From assembly GCF_045037415.1 (NCBI RefSeq), contig NZ_CP173438.1: a stretch of 64,000 bases of DNA; one strand, written 5' to 3'. Shown here in pieces: positions 43,934-54,629 of this stretch. Positions within the stretch are counted from its first letter, which is position 1. Each line of letters opens with the position of its first letter. A program made the position numbers and the translations under genes. This DNA comes from Escherichia coli. Its GTDB lineage: Bacteria; Pseudomonadota; Gammaproteobacteria; Enterobacterales; Enterobacteriaceae. Below the pieces are notes generated by a model. That model did not search any database, was not told the DNA's origin, and saw only the letters and a list, made by a program, of their open reading frames with translations.

Positions 43934-45054
43934 CAGGCGTTGCCTCCATTAGCCTGAACTTCAACAGCCTTGACGGTCTGCCCTGAAGTGACTTTGGCAG
44001 AACCTTCAACAATCAGTCGGTCGCCGTTGTGCAGGCCGTTCAGCACCAGCCATTTATCACCATACGTTTCTCCCGTTTCGAGCGTTCGCTGCTCTACTTT
44101 ATTGTCTTTATTCACCACCAGCGCAGTTGCATTGCCTTTAGCATCGCGCGTAACGCCCTGTTGAGGCGCGAGAATAGCGTTTTCCATCACGCCTTCATCG
44201 ACACGAGCGCGAACAAACATTCCCGGTAATAACTGCTGTTGTGGATTGGGGAAAATTGCCCGTAATATCACCGAACCGGTAGACTCATCCACCGCGACTT
44301 CGGTGAGTTCCAGACGCCCTTTTTCGCTGTAGGTTGTGCCATCTTCCAGAATAAGTGAGACGCTCATGGTGTCACTGTTGGTCGCCAGTGACTGTTTACG
44401 CAGACGTAATAAATCGACACTGGAGCGAGTGAGGTCGACATACATTGTATCCAGACCACGAATAGTCGTTAACGCTGTATCCTGCGACGCGGTCACCAGT
44501 GCGCCAGGGGTTACCGACGAAATACCAATACGCCCCGAAATCGGTGCGGTTACCGTGGTCCAGTCAAGATTAATGCGCGCAGTTTCCAGTGCGGCTTTTT
44601 TCGCCTCTACACTGGCTTTATCTTGTGCACAGGTAGACTGAGCATCATCAGCATCCTGTTGTGAAACACCATTCTCTTTCACCAGTCGGGCATAACGCTG
44701 CGCTTTCTGGCAATCGGCTTTTACCAGTGCCTGTGCTTGTTGTAATGCTGCCCGGGCTTCATTCCATGCAGCCTGATAACTGGCCGCATCAATCTGGTAG
44801 AGAGGCTGTCCAGCCTTGACCAGATCACCTTCCTTAAATAAGCGTTTCTGGATAATTCCCCCAACCTGCGGACGTACTTCAGCACTGAGCGCAGCACTGG
44901 TGCGTCCGGTTAATTCACTGACTACCGAAACCGGTTGAGATTTGAGCGTAACAACGCCGACTTCTGTTTCTGACGGGGATGAATTGTTACTTTGCGTATT
45001 ATCACAACCCGATAAGAGCAGCATTGCCACTACAGATGTTGCTATATACTTCAT
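43933..45054 (-). CDS. RND periplasmic adaptor (membrane fusion protein, AcrA/MexA-like lipoprotein)
   Basis: ORF 43933..45087; start placed at MKYIATSVVAMLLLSGC (ATG 45052-45054, preceded by GGAG SD); 1-nt overlap with the RND start. Confidence 0.85.
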   Translation of the reverse strand: MKYIATSVVAMLLLSGCDNTQSNNSSPSETEVGVVTLKSQPVSVVSELTGRTSAALSAEVRPQVGGIIQKRLFKEGDLVKAGQPLYQIDAASYQAAWNEARAALQQAQALVKADCQKAQRYARLVKENGVSQQDADDAQSTCAQDKASVEAKKAALETARINLDWTTVTAPISGRIGISSVTPGALVTASQDTALTTIRGLDTMYVDLTRSSVDLLRLRKQSLATNSDTMSVSLILEDGTTYSEKGRLELTEVAVDESTGSVILRAIFPNPQQQLLPGMFVRARVDEGVMENAILAPQQGVTRDAKGNATALVVNKDNKVEQRTLETGETYGDKWLVLNGLHNGDRLIVEGSAKVTSGQTVKAVEVQANGGNA

Positions 45055-45138
45055 TATTTTCTCCAGGGTGAGAAATACCCTCCTCATTGAAATTAATGAG
45101 GATATGTCAGGGATATTCAGTTATAACGAACCCGCATC

Positions 45139-45154
45139 GCGAAATGAATTTCGC
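45139..45154. promoter_or_regulatory. Candidate repressor operator upstream of the adaptor-RND-OMF-MFS genes
   Basis: Palindrome GCGAAATGAATTTCGC (7+2+7) about 85 bp upstream of the adaptor start codon. Confidence 0.4.
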
Positions 45155-45164
45155 AATGAAATAA

Positions 45165-45182
45165 GGGGGATTAATATCCCCC
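45165..45182 (-). terminator. Hairpin downstream of the TetR-family gene (possible attenuating terminator before the pump genes)
   Basis: GGGGGAT-taat-ATCCCCC inverted repeat about 20 bp after the TetR stop, followed on the minus strand by TTATTT. Confidence 0.5.
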
Positions 45183-45202
45183 GCTATTGGTTAATTCTGT
45201 TC

Positions 45203-45769
45203 TTATTTATTTATCAACATACTAACAATATCCTGATATATTTCCTGCAGATGTTGTGGATCGCTTTTTTGCGGTGTTAAACGACGATAAACCGTACCTT
45301 CCATCATGGTAGCAAACACTTCAACGCAGCAACGAATGTGCTCGTCGCTAAGATGGGGATGCATTCTTTTCATATGTGCACAACCGTTAGCGAACATTCT
45401 GGCGTCAGCTTCTTCAAGCATTGCCATAACCCGCGGGTTGCGTGTGGCTTCTGCAGCCACTTCCAGCATCAGCGCGTCGTCGTCCTCATTTAAGGATTTA
45501 CGCAAGGCAAGGACTTCCGGGAAGTGATCGGTACGCGCGTCAATGTCCATTTGGGCAATACGAAAGTCGATGATACGGCGAACCATCTCTTCAATAATGG
45601 CGTCTTTGTTGGCGAAGTAACGATATATCTGACCCACGCTAAGCTGAGCTTCGCTGGCAATTTGCGACATACTGGCGGCATGAAATCCGCAGCGACGAAA
45701 ACACCGACGGGCGGCGTTAATGATTTCATCCTGACGCTGTTTGTGGCGTATCTCCAGCTTGCTGGTCAT
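45203..45769 (-). CDS. TetR-family transcriptional regulator (probable repressor of the adjacent efflux genes)
   Basis: ORF 45203..45868; start placed at MTSKLEIRHKQRQDEI (ATG 45767-45769, AGGAGA SD) because the longer N-terminus would begin upstream of the predicted promoter; TetR HTH (MSQIASEAQLSVGQIYRYF). Confidence 0.8.
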   Translation of the reverse strand: MTSKLEIRHKQRQDEIINAARRCFRRCGFHAASMSQIASEAQLSVGQIYRYFANKDAIIEEMVRRIIDFRIAQMDIDARTDHFPEVLALRKSLNEDDDALMLEVAAEATRNPRVMAMLEEADARMFANGCAHMKRMHPHLSDEHIRCCVEVFATMMEGTVYRRLTPQKSDPQHLQEIYQDIVSMLINK

Positions 45770-45795
45770 TTCTGTCTCCTGGCCTATCACTTGGT

Positions 45796-45827
45796 GAGAA
45801 TGATCATTCTCATTTTTGCTAATTATA
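45796..45827 (-). promoter_or_regulatory. Candidate promoter -10 with overlapping palindromic operator for the TetR-family gene
   Basis: Minus strand: TATAAT at 45822-45827, then 10 bp, then perfect 16-bp palindrome GAGAATGATCATTCTC (45796-45811), about 27 bp before the start codon. Confidence 0.5.
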
Positions 45828-46246
45828 CGTTTCTCCAAAGTAATGGAAAGTATTTTTATCTTATTCATGATGCATATTCTGATAATGAAGAGATTGTGGA
45901 GATTCTGTGAAGATAGTTGACAATATTAAGTTGGAGTCAATTCATCAGAAAGACAGCGACTTGTTGTCGCCAGTTCTGTTTTCATCATTAAACTTATAGG
46001 AGCTAATACGAATAGTTTCAAAGTCAGATTCTATAAGATATTTCCCCAACCTCCCCCTTGCAGGCGTCAGGAGTAGATAACGCAAAATGCTCTGTACCGC
46101 AGCTTCTCTCCGCTACAGAAAGCGCAACTATAGCCACCCACAGCCAGGTTGATTATAATAACCGTTTATCAGTTCGTACTGTTTACTAAAACGACGAATC
46201 GCCTGATTTTCAGGCACAACAAGCATCAACAATAAGGATTAAAGCT

Positions 46247-47035
46247 ATGGGTTTTCTTTCCGGTAAGCGCATTCTGGTAACCGGTGTTGCCAGCAAACTG
46301 TCCATCGCCTACGGTATCGCTCAGGCGATGCACCGCGAAGGAGCTGAACTGGCATTCACCTACCAGAACGACAAACTGAAAGGCCGCGTAGAAGAATTTG
46401 CCGCTCAATTGGGTTCTGACATCGTTCTGCAGTGCGATGTTGCCGAAGATACCAGCATCGACACCATGTTCGCTGAACTGGGGAAAGTTTGGCCGAAATT
46501 TGACGGTTTCGTACACTCTATTGGTTTTGCACCTGGCGATCAGCTGGATGGTGACTATGTTAACGCCGTTACTCGTGAAGGCTTCAAAATTGCCCACGAC
46601 ATCAGCTCCTACAGCTTCGTTGCAATGGCAAAAGCTTGCCGCTCCATGCTGAATCCGGGTTCTGCCCTGCTGACCCTTTCCTACCTTGGCGCTGAGCGCG
46701 CTATCCCGAATTACAACGTTATGGGTCTGGCAAAAGCGTCTCTGGAAGCGAACGTGCGCTATATGGCGAACGCGATGGGTCCGGAAGGTGTGCGTGTTAA
46801 CGCCATCTCTGCTGGTCCGATCCGTACTCTGGCGGCTTCCGGTATCAAAGACTTCCGCAAAATGCTGGCTCATTGCGAAGCCGTTACCCCGATTCGCCGT
46901 ACCGTTACTATTGAAGATGTGGGTAACTCCGCGGCATTCCTGTGCTCCGATCTCTCTGCCGGTATCTCCGGTGAAGTGGTCCACGTTGACGGCGGTTTCA
47001 GCATCGCTGCAATGAACGAACTCGAACTGAAATAA
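46247..47035 (+). CDS. fabI: Enoyl-ACP reductase (NADH) FabI
   Basis: 262-aa ORF; recognised sequence [40 protein letters not shown]. Confidence 0.95.
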   Translation: MGFLSGKRILVTGVASKLSIAYGIAQAMHREGAELAFTYQNDKLKGRVEEFAAQLGSDIVLQCDVAEDTSIDTMFAELGKVWPKFDGFVHSIGFAPGDQLDGDYVNAVTREGFKIAHDISSYSFVAMAKACRSMLNPGSALLTLSYLGAERAIPNYNVMGLAKASLEANVRYMANAMGPEGVRVNAISAGPIRTLAASGIKDFRKMLAHCEAVTPIRRTVTIEDVGNSAAFLCSDLSAGISGEVVHVDGGFSIAAMNELELK

Positions 47036-47179
47036 TCGTTCTGTTGGTAAATATTGGGCGGCGTTCTGCCGCCCGTTATCTCTGTTATACCTTTCTGATA
47101 TTTGTTATCGCCGATCCGTCTTTCTCCCCTTCCCGCCTTGCGTCAGGATAACGATTTCCTTTACGACCAAGGAGCGCCC

Positions 47180-48307
47180 ATGGAACAACGCCACATCACC
47201 GGCAAAAGCCACTGGTATCATGAAACGCAATCCAGTACTGCGGAGTATGACGTTCTGCCTCTGGTCCCGGAAGCCGCAAAGGTCAGCGATCCCTTTCTGC
47301 TCGACGTGATCCTTGATGAAGAAACGCTGGCCCCCTTCCTTTCATGGCTGGTCCCTGCGCGCGTTCTTGCAGTGGAGTTGTTCCCTGACCCGCTTACCGT
47401 GACTCGTTCACAGACCTTCACCGCTTATGAACGCTTGTCGACGGCCCTGACGGTTGCTCAGGTTTGCGGCGTCCAACGGTTATGTAACTACTATTCTGCG
47501 CGACTTACGCCGCTCCCCGGGCCTGATTCCTCCAGGGAAAGTAATCATCGGTTGGCACAAATCACGCAATATGCCCGCCAACTGGCTAGCTCGCCTTCTA
47601 TTATCGACAACCGATCGCGCCAGCATCTGAATGACGTTGGTCTTACTGTCTGTGACTGTGTGATCATTAACCAAATCATTGGTTTTATTGGCTTTCAGGC
47701 GCGGACCATTGCGACATTTCAGGCTTATCTCGGGCATCCAGTACGCTGGTTACCCGGGCTGGAGATACAAAACTACGCCGACGCGTCACTGTTTGCTGAT
47801 GAATCATTACGCTGGCGAAGCAGCTATGAGGTGGAAAAACTCCCTGAAGAGCACACAAAAAGTTCAACTGCAGAACTTTGCCAACTGGCCAACACACTCT
47901 CTCTCCACCCTATTTCACTTTCCCTTCTCGAAAAGTTGTTAAACAGCACACGGGTCAATACACAGCCGGATAATCAGCTTGCGGCGTTGTTATGCGCGCG
48001 GATAAATGGCAGTCCTGCTTGTTTTGCCGCCTGTATGAATTCATCAAATGAATATAAAAAAATCAGCCCCCTTCTGCGCAAGGGCGAAAATGAAATTAAC
48101 CGATGGGCTGACCGTCATTCTGTTGAGCGCGCTACCGTTCAGGCGATACAATGGCTGACCCGAGCACCCGATCGCTTTAGCGCCGCCCAGTTCAGCCCAT
48201 TACTCGAACACGAAAAATCATCAACGCAGATTATTAATCTGCTAGTATGGAGCGGGCTGTGTGGCTGGATAAATCGCTTAAAAATCGCGTTGGGTGAGAC
48301 ATATTAA
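47180..48307 (+). CDS. yciW: CMD (carboxymuconolactone decarboxylase-like) domain protein YciW
   Basis: ORF 47102..48307; start placed at [13 protein letters not shown] (ATG 47180, AAGGAG SD) giving 375 aa. Confidence 0.8.
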   Translation: MEQRHITGKSHWYHETQSSTAEYDVLPLVPEAAKVSDPFLLDVILDEETLAPFLSWLVPARVLAVELFPDPLTVTRSQTFTAYERLSTALTVAQVCGVQRLCNYYSARLTPLPGPDSSRESNHRLAQITQYARQLASSPSIIDNRSRQHLNDVGLTVCDCVIINQIIGFIGFQARTIATFQAYLGHPVRWLPGLEIQNYADASLFADESLRWRSSYEVEKLPEEHTKSSTAELCQLANTLSLHPISLSLLEKLLNSTRVNTQPDNQLAALLCARINGSPACFAACMNSSNEYKKISPLLRKGENEINRWADRHSVERATVQAIQWLTRAPDRFSAAQFSPLLEHEKSSTQIINLLVWSGLCGWINRLKIALGETY

Positions 48308-48374
48308 CCTTGCCGCGTCAGACAGATTCGCGTAAAACTGTCAGCCGCTCTAATGGCCACCAAAATAGACAATT

Positions 48375-50309
48375 ATGTTTCAGGACAACCCGCTGCTAGC
48401 GCAGCTTAAACAGCAACTGCATTCCCAGACGCCACGCGCTGAAGGGGTGGTAAAAGCCACAGAAAAAGGCTTTGGCTTCCTGGAAGTCGACGCGCAAAAA
48501 AGTTATTTCATTCCGCCGCCGCAGATGAAAAAAGTCATGCATGGCGACCGAATTATCGCGGTGATCCACAGTGAAAAAGAACGTGAATCCGCAGAGCCAG
48601 AAGAACTGGTTGAACCGTTCCTGACTCGTTTCGTGGGTAAAGTTCAGGGCAAAAATGACCGTCTGGCCATCGTTCCTGACCATCCACTCTTAAAAGACGC
48701 CATTCCTTGCCGCGCAGCCCGTGGCCTGAACCACGAGTTTAAAGAAGGTGACTGGGCGGTTGCCGAAATGCGCCGTCATCCGCTGAAAGGCGATCGTTCT
48801 TTCTATGCTGAACTGACACAATACATCACTTTTGGTGACGATCACTTTGTACCGTGGTGGGTTACCCTTGCGCGTCATAATCTGGAAAAAGAAGCACCAG
48901 ACGGCGTTGCTACCGAAATGCTCGATGAAGGTCTGGTTCGTGAAGATCTGACTGCGCTGGATTTTGTCACCATCGACAGTGCCAGCACAGAAGATATGGA
49001 TGACGCCCTTTTCGCCAAGGCGTTACCGGATGGCAAACTTCAGCTGATTGTGGCGATTGCCGATCCAACCGCGTGGATTGCTGAAGGCAGCAAGCTGGAC
49101 AAAGCCGCGAAAATTCGCGCATTCACCAACTATCTGCCTGGCTTCAACATCCCTATGCTGCCTCGCGAGCTTTCTGACGATCTCTGCTCACTGCGCGCCA
49201 ATGAAGTCCGCCCGGTACTGGCATGCCGCATGACGCTCTCCACTGATGGCACCATTGAAGATAATATCGAATTCTTTGCCGCCACCATCGAATCCAAAGC
49301 GAAGCTGGTGTATGACCAGGTTTCTGACTGGCTGGAAAATACCGGTGACTGGCAGCCTGAAAGCGAAGCAATTGCCGAACAAGTCCGTTTGCTAGCACAA
49401 ATTTGCCAACGCCGCGGCGAGTGGCGTCATAACCACGCACTGGTGTTTAAAGATCGCCCGGATTACCGCTTTATTCTCGGTGAAAAAGGTGAAGTGCTGG
49501 ATATCGTCGCCGAGCCTCGTCGCATTGCCAACCGTATCGTCGAAGAAGCGATGATTGCCGCTAACATTTGTGCGGCCCGCGTACTGCGCGATAAGCTCGG
49601 TTTTGGCATCTATAACGTGCATATGGGCTTTGATCCGGCGAATGCCGACGCGCTGGCAGCGTTGCTGAAAACGCACGGTCTGCATGTCGATGCTGAAGAA
49701 GTGCTCACGCTGGACGGTTTCTGCAAACTGCGTCGTGAACTGGATGCGCAACCAACTGGTTTCCTCGACAGCCGCATTCGTCGCTTCCAGTCATTTGCTG
49801 AAATTAGCACTGAACCCGGTCCTCACTTTGGCCTCGGTCTGGAAGCATACGCCACTTGGACTTCGCCGATCCGTAAATATGGCGACATGATCAACCACCG
49901 TCTGCTGAAAGCGGTTATCAAAGGCGAAACTGCGACGCGTCCACAGGATGAAATCACTGTCCAAATGGCCGAGCGTCGCCGTCTCAACCGGATGGCAGAA
50001 CGTGATGTTGGCGACTGGTTATACGCACGCTTCCTGAAAGACAAAGCCGGGACCGACACCCGTTTCGCGGCGGAAATTGTCGATATCAGCCGTGGCGGCA
50101 TGCGTGTTCGTTTGGTTGATAACGGCGCTATCGCCTTTATTCCAGCACCTTTCTTACACGCTGTGCGCGATGAACTGGTTTGCAGCCAGGAAAACGGCAC
50201 TGTACAAATTAAAGGTGAAACGGCTTACAAAGTGACTGACGTTATTGACGTCACCATTGCCGAAGTCCGCATGGAAACCCGCAGCATTATTGCGCGCCCA
50301 GTCGCGTAA
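48375..50309 (+). CDS. rnb: Exoribonuclease II
   Basis: 644-aa ORF; RNB catalytic domain plus C-terminal S1 domain; recognised sequence. Confidence 0.95.
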   Translation: MFQDNPLLAQLKQQLHSQTPRAEGVVKATEKGFGFLEVDAQKSYFIPPPQMKKVMHGDRIIAVIHSEKERESAEPEELVEPFLTRFVGKVQGKNDRLAIVPDHPLLKDAIPCRAARGLNHEFKEGDWAVAEMRRHPLKGDRSFYAELTQYITFGDDHFVPWWVTLARHNLEKEAPDGVATEMLDEGLVREDLTALDFVTIDSASTEDMDDALFAKALPDGKLQLIVAIADPTAWIAEGSKLDKAAKIRAFTNYLPGFNIPMLPRELSDDLCSLRANEVRPVLACRMTLSTDGTIEDNIEFFAATIESKAKLVYDQVSDWLENTGDWQPESEAIAEQVRLLAQICQRRGEWRHNHALVFKDRPDYRFILGEKGEVLDIVAEPRRIANRIVEEAMIAANICAARVLRDKLGFGIYNVHMGFDPANADALAALLKTHGLHVDAEEVLTLDGFCKLRRELDAQPTGFLDSRIRRFQSFAEISTEPGPHFGLGLEAYATWTSPIRKYGDMINHRLLKAVIKGETATRPQDEITVQMAERRRLNRMAERDVGDWLYARFLKDKAGTDTRFAAEIVDISRGGMRVRLVDNGAIAFIPAPFLHAVRDELVCSQENGTVQIKGETAYKVTDVIDVTIAEVRMETRSIIARPVA

Positions 50310-50319
50310 TCTCCTTTCA

Positions 50320-50353
50320 CGGCCCATTCCTCATGGATGGGCCGTTTATTTCC
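50320..50353 (+). terminator. Rho-independent terminator of rnb
   Basis: CGGCCCAT / ATGGGCCG stem with 9-nt loop followed by TTTATTTCC. Confidence 0.7.
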
Positions 50354-50542
50354 CCGCTCAACCTTCGTCATATCCCGGCAGATTTTTAACTGACTTTCGT
50401 TTGAAAACTGGCGTTTTTCCAAAACTGGATTACAAATAAATATATAAAAAAACAATGTGTTTAGCCGCCGTTAATTTCATGTAAGTCATGTTGTTCCTTT
50501 TATTTAACTGCGGACTCCGCTGTTAACCGGAGGATATGCATC

Positions 50543-52528
50543 ATGAAAACCGTTAGGGAGTCCACAACGTTGTACAACTTTCTCGGATCGCACAATCCAT
50601 ACTGGCGGTTGACGGAAAGCAGCGATGTTTTGCGCTTTTCTACCACCGAAATCACAGAACCCGATCGTATTTTGCAACTATCTGCCGAACAGGCTGCTCG
50701 CATCAGGGAAATGACGGTCATCACCTCCAGCCTGATGATGAGTCTGACCGTCGATGAAAGCGATCTTTCTGTGCATCTGGTAGGACGAAAAATCAATAAA
50801 CGAGAATGGGGAGGCAACGCGTCTGCATGGCATGACACACCGGCGGTTGCTCGTGATTTATCACATGGGCTTTCCTTTGCTGAGCAGGTAGTTTCTGAAG
50901 CACATTCCGCAATAGTGATTCTCGACAGCCGGGGGAATATCCAGCGCTTTAATCGGTTATGTGAAGATTACACAGGCTTGAAAGAACACGACGTCATTGG
51001 GCAAAGCGTGTTTAAACTGTTTATGAGTCGTCGTGAAGCTGCGGCATCCAGGCGCAATAACCGTGTATTTTTTCGAAGCGGCAATGCATATGAAGTCGAA
51101 CTGTGGATACCAACACGTAAAGGCCAGCGGCTGTTTCTGTTTCGCAATAAATTTGTCCACAGCGGCAGTGGCAAAAACGAGATTTTTTTAATCTGTTCCG
51201 GCACCGACATTACCGAAGAGCGCCGCGCTCAGGAGCGACTGCGTATTCTGGCAAATACCGACAGTATCACCGGACTGCCGAATCGTAACGCAATGCAGGA
51301 GTTAATCGATCACGCTATTAATCAGGCAGATAACAATAAAGTTGGGGTTGTGTATCTTGATTTGGATAATTTTAAAAAGGTCAACGACGCCTATGGGCAT
51401 TTGTTTGGTGACCAGTTATTACGCGACGTGTCATTGGCTATTTTAAGCTGTCTCGAACATGACCAGGTATTGGCGCGTCCAGGTGGCGATGAGTTTCTGG
51501 TACTGGCATCCAATACCTCACAAAGCGCGCTGGAAGCAATGGCATCACGAATTTTGACCCGCTTACGGCTCCCCTTTCGCATTGGTTTAATTGAAGTTTA
51601 TACCAGCTGTTCAGTAGGTATTTCACTCTCTCCCGAACATGGTTCGGACAGCGCGGCTATTATTCGTCACGCCGACACAGCAATGTACACAGCGAAGGAA
51701 GGCGGACGAGGACAATTTTGCGTTTTTACCCCAGAAATGAATCAGAGGGTATTTGAATATCTCTGGCTGGATACCAACTTGCGTAAAGCACTGGAAAACG
51801 ATCAGTTGGTTATTCACTATCAACCGAAAATCACCTGGCGTGGTGAAGTGCGCAGTCTGGAAGCACTAGTACGTTGGCAGTCACCTGAACGTGGGTTGAT
51901 TCCACCGTTGGACTTCATTTCCTACGCCGAAGAATCAGGGCTAATTGTGCCTTTAGGCCGTTGGGTGATTCTCGATGTCGTACGCCAGGTAGCGAAGTGG
52001 CGGGATAAAGGCATTAACCTGCGAGTAGCGGTAAATATTTCTGCACGTCAGCTCGCCGATCAAACCATTTTCACCGCCCTGAAACAGGTTCTCCAGGAAC
52101 TCAATTTTGAATACTGCCCTATAGATGTTGAACTGACGGAGAGCTGCCTGATTGAGAATGATGAACTGGCACTGTCTGTTATTCAACAATTTAGCCGATT
52201 AGGTGCGCAAGTTCATCTGGACGATTTTGGTACCGGCTACTCTTCACTTTCGCAACTGGCGCGCTTTCCGATCGATGCCATCAAACTTGACCAGGTTTTT
52301 GTTCGGGATATTCACAAACAGCCTGTCTCGCAATCACTGGTCCGGGCGATCGTCGCTGTGGCCCAGGCATTGAATCTTCAGGTGATCGCCGAAGGTGTAG
52401 AAAGTGCAAAGGAAGATGCTTTTTTAACCAAGAACGGGATCAATGAGCGACAAGGATTTTTGTTTGCCAAACCGATGCCCGCCGTCGCCTTCGAACGCTG
52501 GTATAAACGCTATCTGAAGCGCGCATAA
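50543..52528 (+). CDS. pdeR: c-di-GMP phosphodiesterase PdeR (YciR; PAS-GGDEF-EAL)
   Basis: 661-aa ORF; GGDEF region and EAL motifs (EALVRW, DDFGTG). Confidence 0.9.
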   Translation: MKTVRESTTLYNFLGSHNPYWRLTESSDVLRFSTTEITEPDRILQLSAEQAARIREMTVITSSLMMSLTVDESDLSVHLVGRKINKREWGGNASAWHDTPAVARDLSHGLSFAEQVVSEAHSAIVILDSRGNIQRFNRLCEDYTGLKEHDVIGQSVFKLFMSRREAAASRRNNRVFFRSGNAYEVELWIPTRKGQRLFLFRNKFVHSGSGKNEIFLICSGTDITEERRAQERLRILANTDSITGLPNRNAMQELIDHAINQADNNKVGVVYLDLDNFKKVNDAYGHLFGDQLLRDVSLAILSCLEHDQVLARPGGDEFLVLASNTSQSALEAMASRILTRLRLPFRIGLIEVYTSCSVGISLSPEHGSDSAAIIRHADTAMYTAKEGGRGQFCVFTPEMNQRVFEYLWLDTNLRKALENDQLVIHYQPKITWRGEVRSLEALVRWQSPERGLIPPLDFISYAEESGLIVPLGRWVILDVVRQVAKWRDKGINLRVAVNISARQLADQTIFTALKQVLQELNFEYCPIDVELTESCLIENDELALSVIQQFSRLGAQVHLDDFGTGYSSLSQLARFPIDAIKLDQVFVRDIHKQPVSQSLVRAIVAVAQALNLQVIAEGVESAKEDAFLTKNGINERQGFLFAKPMPAVAFERWYKRYLKRA

Positions 52529-52675
52529 GTAGATGAATATATATACTTAGCGCTATATTCCGTCATTATATATCGTATTCCCGGATGATAATTAGCCGTT
52601 GCTGTTAAACCCTTCTCTTTTAGCGGCAATTTTTGCATTATTCATTTTCCCCCTTTTGCTATAAGGATGTCCTTG

Positions 52676-52849
52676 ATGTCTGAATTTGATGCCCAGCGCG
52701 TTGCCGAACGTATTGATATTGTGTTAGATATCCTTGTGGCAGGCGATTACCACTCTGCGATCCATAATCTCGAGATACTTAAAGCAGAACTCTTGCGCCA
52801 GGTTGCTGAATCTACGCCAGACATCCCGAAGGCACCGTGGGAGATTTAA
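52676..52849 (+). CDS. yciZ: Small hydrophilic protein (UPF0509 / YciZ-like)
   Basis: ORF 52667..52849; start placed at MSEFDAQRV (ATG 8 nt after AGGA) giving 57 aa; name from memory. Confidence 0.5.
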
Positions 52850-52937
52850 CAATCGTGCCTTCAGGTTTTCCTATTTGAGGATGCCGGCGCGTCAGTATTT
52901 TTTTATTTAGTATTATAACGTTATAAGAATTACAGCG

Positions 52938-53687
52938 ATGAATTCCCGACAACAAACTATTCTACAGATGGTCATTGACCAGGGTCAGGTTAGCGTAACC
53001 GATCTGGCAAAAGCCACTGGAGTTTCTGAAGTTACCATTCGCCAGGATCTCAACACCCTCGAAAAACTGAGTTACCTCCGACGTGCACATGGTTTTGCAG
53101 TTTCGCTTGATAGTGATGACGTCGAAACCCGTATGATGAGCAACTATACGCTGAAGCGTGAACTCGCCGAGTTTGCCGCGTCACTGGTTCAACCGGGCGA
53201 AACCATCTTTATCGAAAATGGTAGCAGCAATGCCCTGCTCGCCCGGACTCTGGGCGAGCAGAAGAAAAATGTCACTATCATCACGGTCAGCAGCTACATC
53301 GCGCATTTGCTGAAAGACGCGCCTTGTGAAGTCATTTTGCTCGGTGGCGTGTACCAGAAAAAAAGCGAAAGTATGGTTGGCCCTTTGACACGCCAGTGCA
53401 TCCAACAGGTGCATTTCAGCAAAGCATTTATTGGTATTGATGGCTGGCAACCTGAAACTGGGTTTACCGGTCGCGATATGATGCGTACCGATGTGGTCAA
53501 TGCCGTGCTGGAAAAAGAGTGCGAGGCGATAGTCCTGACCGACAGCTCGAAATTTGGTGCTGTACATTCATACTCCATCGGCCCCGTTGAGCGATTCAAT
53601 CGCGTGATTACCGATTCGAAAATACGCGCCAGCGATCTGATGCATCTTGAACAAAGTAAACTCACCGTTCACGTCGTTGACATTTAA
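52938..53687 (+). CDS. deoT: DeoR-family transcriptional regulator DeoT (YciT)
   Basis: 249-aa ORF; N-terminal DeoR HTH and C-terminal sugar-phosphate-binding domain. Confidence 0.9.
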   Translation: MNSRQQTILQMVIDQGQVSVTDLAKATGVSEVTIRQDLNTLEKLSYLRRAHGFAVSLDSDDVETRMMSNYTLKRELAEFAASLVQPGETIFIENGSSNALLARTLGEQKKNVTIITVSSYIAHLLKDAPCEVILLGGVYQKKSESMVGPLTRQCIQQVHFSKAFIGIDGWQPETGFTGRDMMRTDVVNAVLEKECEAIVLTDSSKFGAVHSYSIGPVERFNRVITDSKIRASDLMHLEQSKLTVHVVDI

Positions 53688-53955
53688 CCATTTCCCTTCT
53701 CTACGGATGATTTGCAGTTTGGCAAATCATCCGCTCTAAGATGATTCCTGGTTGATAATTAAGACTATTTACCTGTTATTAACACTCTCAAGATATAAAA
53801 TTATTATCAGCGATATAACAGGAAGTCATTATCACCTGCGTGATATAACCCTGCGCGCGAGCGGATTTCACGGAATAATTTCACCTGGCTTATTCTTAGC
53901 TATTATAGTTATAGAGAGCTTACTTCCGTGAATCATAAATTCAGGAGAGAGTATT

Positions 53956-54174
53956 ATGTTTGTAACGAGCAAAAAAATGACCGCGGCTGTTCTGGCAATT
54001 ACCCTGGCAATGTCTCTGAGTGCCTGTTCTAACTGGTCTAAACGGGACCGCAACACCGCAATCGGCGCAGGTGCAGGGGCATTAGGCGGTGCAGTACTGA
54101 CCGATGGCAGTACGTTGGGTACATTAGGTGGTGCAGCCGTCGGTGGTGTTATTGGTCACCAGGTCGGTAAATAA
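53956..54174 (+). CDS. osmB: Osmotically inducible lipoprotein OsmB
   Basis: 72-aa ORF; lipobox LSAC; glycine-zipper repeats (GAGAGALGGAV...). Confidence 0.95.
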   Translation: MFVTSKKMTAAVLAITLAMSLSACSNWSKRDRNTAIGAGAGALGGAVLTDGSTLGTLGGAAVGGVIGHQVGK

Positions 54175-54270
54175 TCGTAAATAAATGTCGATTATCGACT
54201 CGCAATTATAATACGCTTGATTCTGTTCAGTACGAAATAACTGAATAATACACACAGTAAAATATTCGAA

Positions 54271-54298
54271 AGCCACGGATATATCCGTGGCTTTTTAT
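54271..54298. terminator. Bidirectional terminator between convergent osmB and yciH
   Basis: Perfect 22-bp palindrome AGCCACGGAT-AT-ATCCGTGGCT followed by TTTTAT. Confidence 0.7.
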
Positions 54299-54299
54299 G

Positions 54300-54629
54300 T
54301 TAGCCGCCTGCAAGTTTTACCTTCATCCCTTTCGCTTCAAGCATTGATTTTAATAAATCACGCTTATCGCCCTGGATTTCAATAATTCCATCTTTTACTG
54401 CTCCGCCGCAGCCGCATTTTTTCTTCAGTTCAGCTGCCAGTTTCGTCAGTTCGGCATCATCGAGATCGACACCGGTAATCAGGCAAACGCCCTTACCTTT
54501 GCGTCCACTGGTCTGACGCTGAATACGCACCACACCGTCGCCTTTAGGGCGTACAGGGGCCGCTTTTGGCTCATCAATACGTCCGGTTTCCGTTGAGTAG
54601 ACCAGACGGCTGTTGGAATCACTCATCAT
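54300..54629 (-). CDS. yciH: SUI1/eIF1-like translation factor YciH
   Basis: 109-aa ORF (true start may be the second Met); SUI1 domain; 4-bp overlap with pyrF. Confidence 0.9.
   Translation of the reverse strand: MMSDSNSRLVYSTETGRIDEPKAAPVRPKGDGVVRIQRQTSGRKGKGVCLITGVDLDDAELTKLAAELKKKCGCGGAVKDGIIEIQGDKRDLLKSMLEAKGMKVKLAGG

Noticed and set aside
38230-46246. Possibility that the efflux locus is a mobile element or genomic island with integrase
   Set aside because: No integrase, transposase, tRNA gene or terminal direct repeats seen at either boundary; treated as strain-variable chromosomal locus only
46226-46984. 252-aa minus-strand ORF covering fabI
   Set aside because: Antisense to fabI, which is unambiguously the real gene
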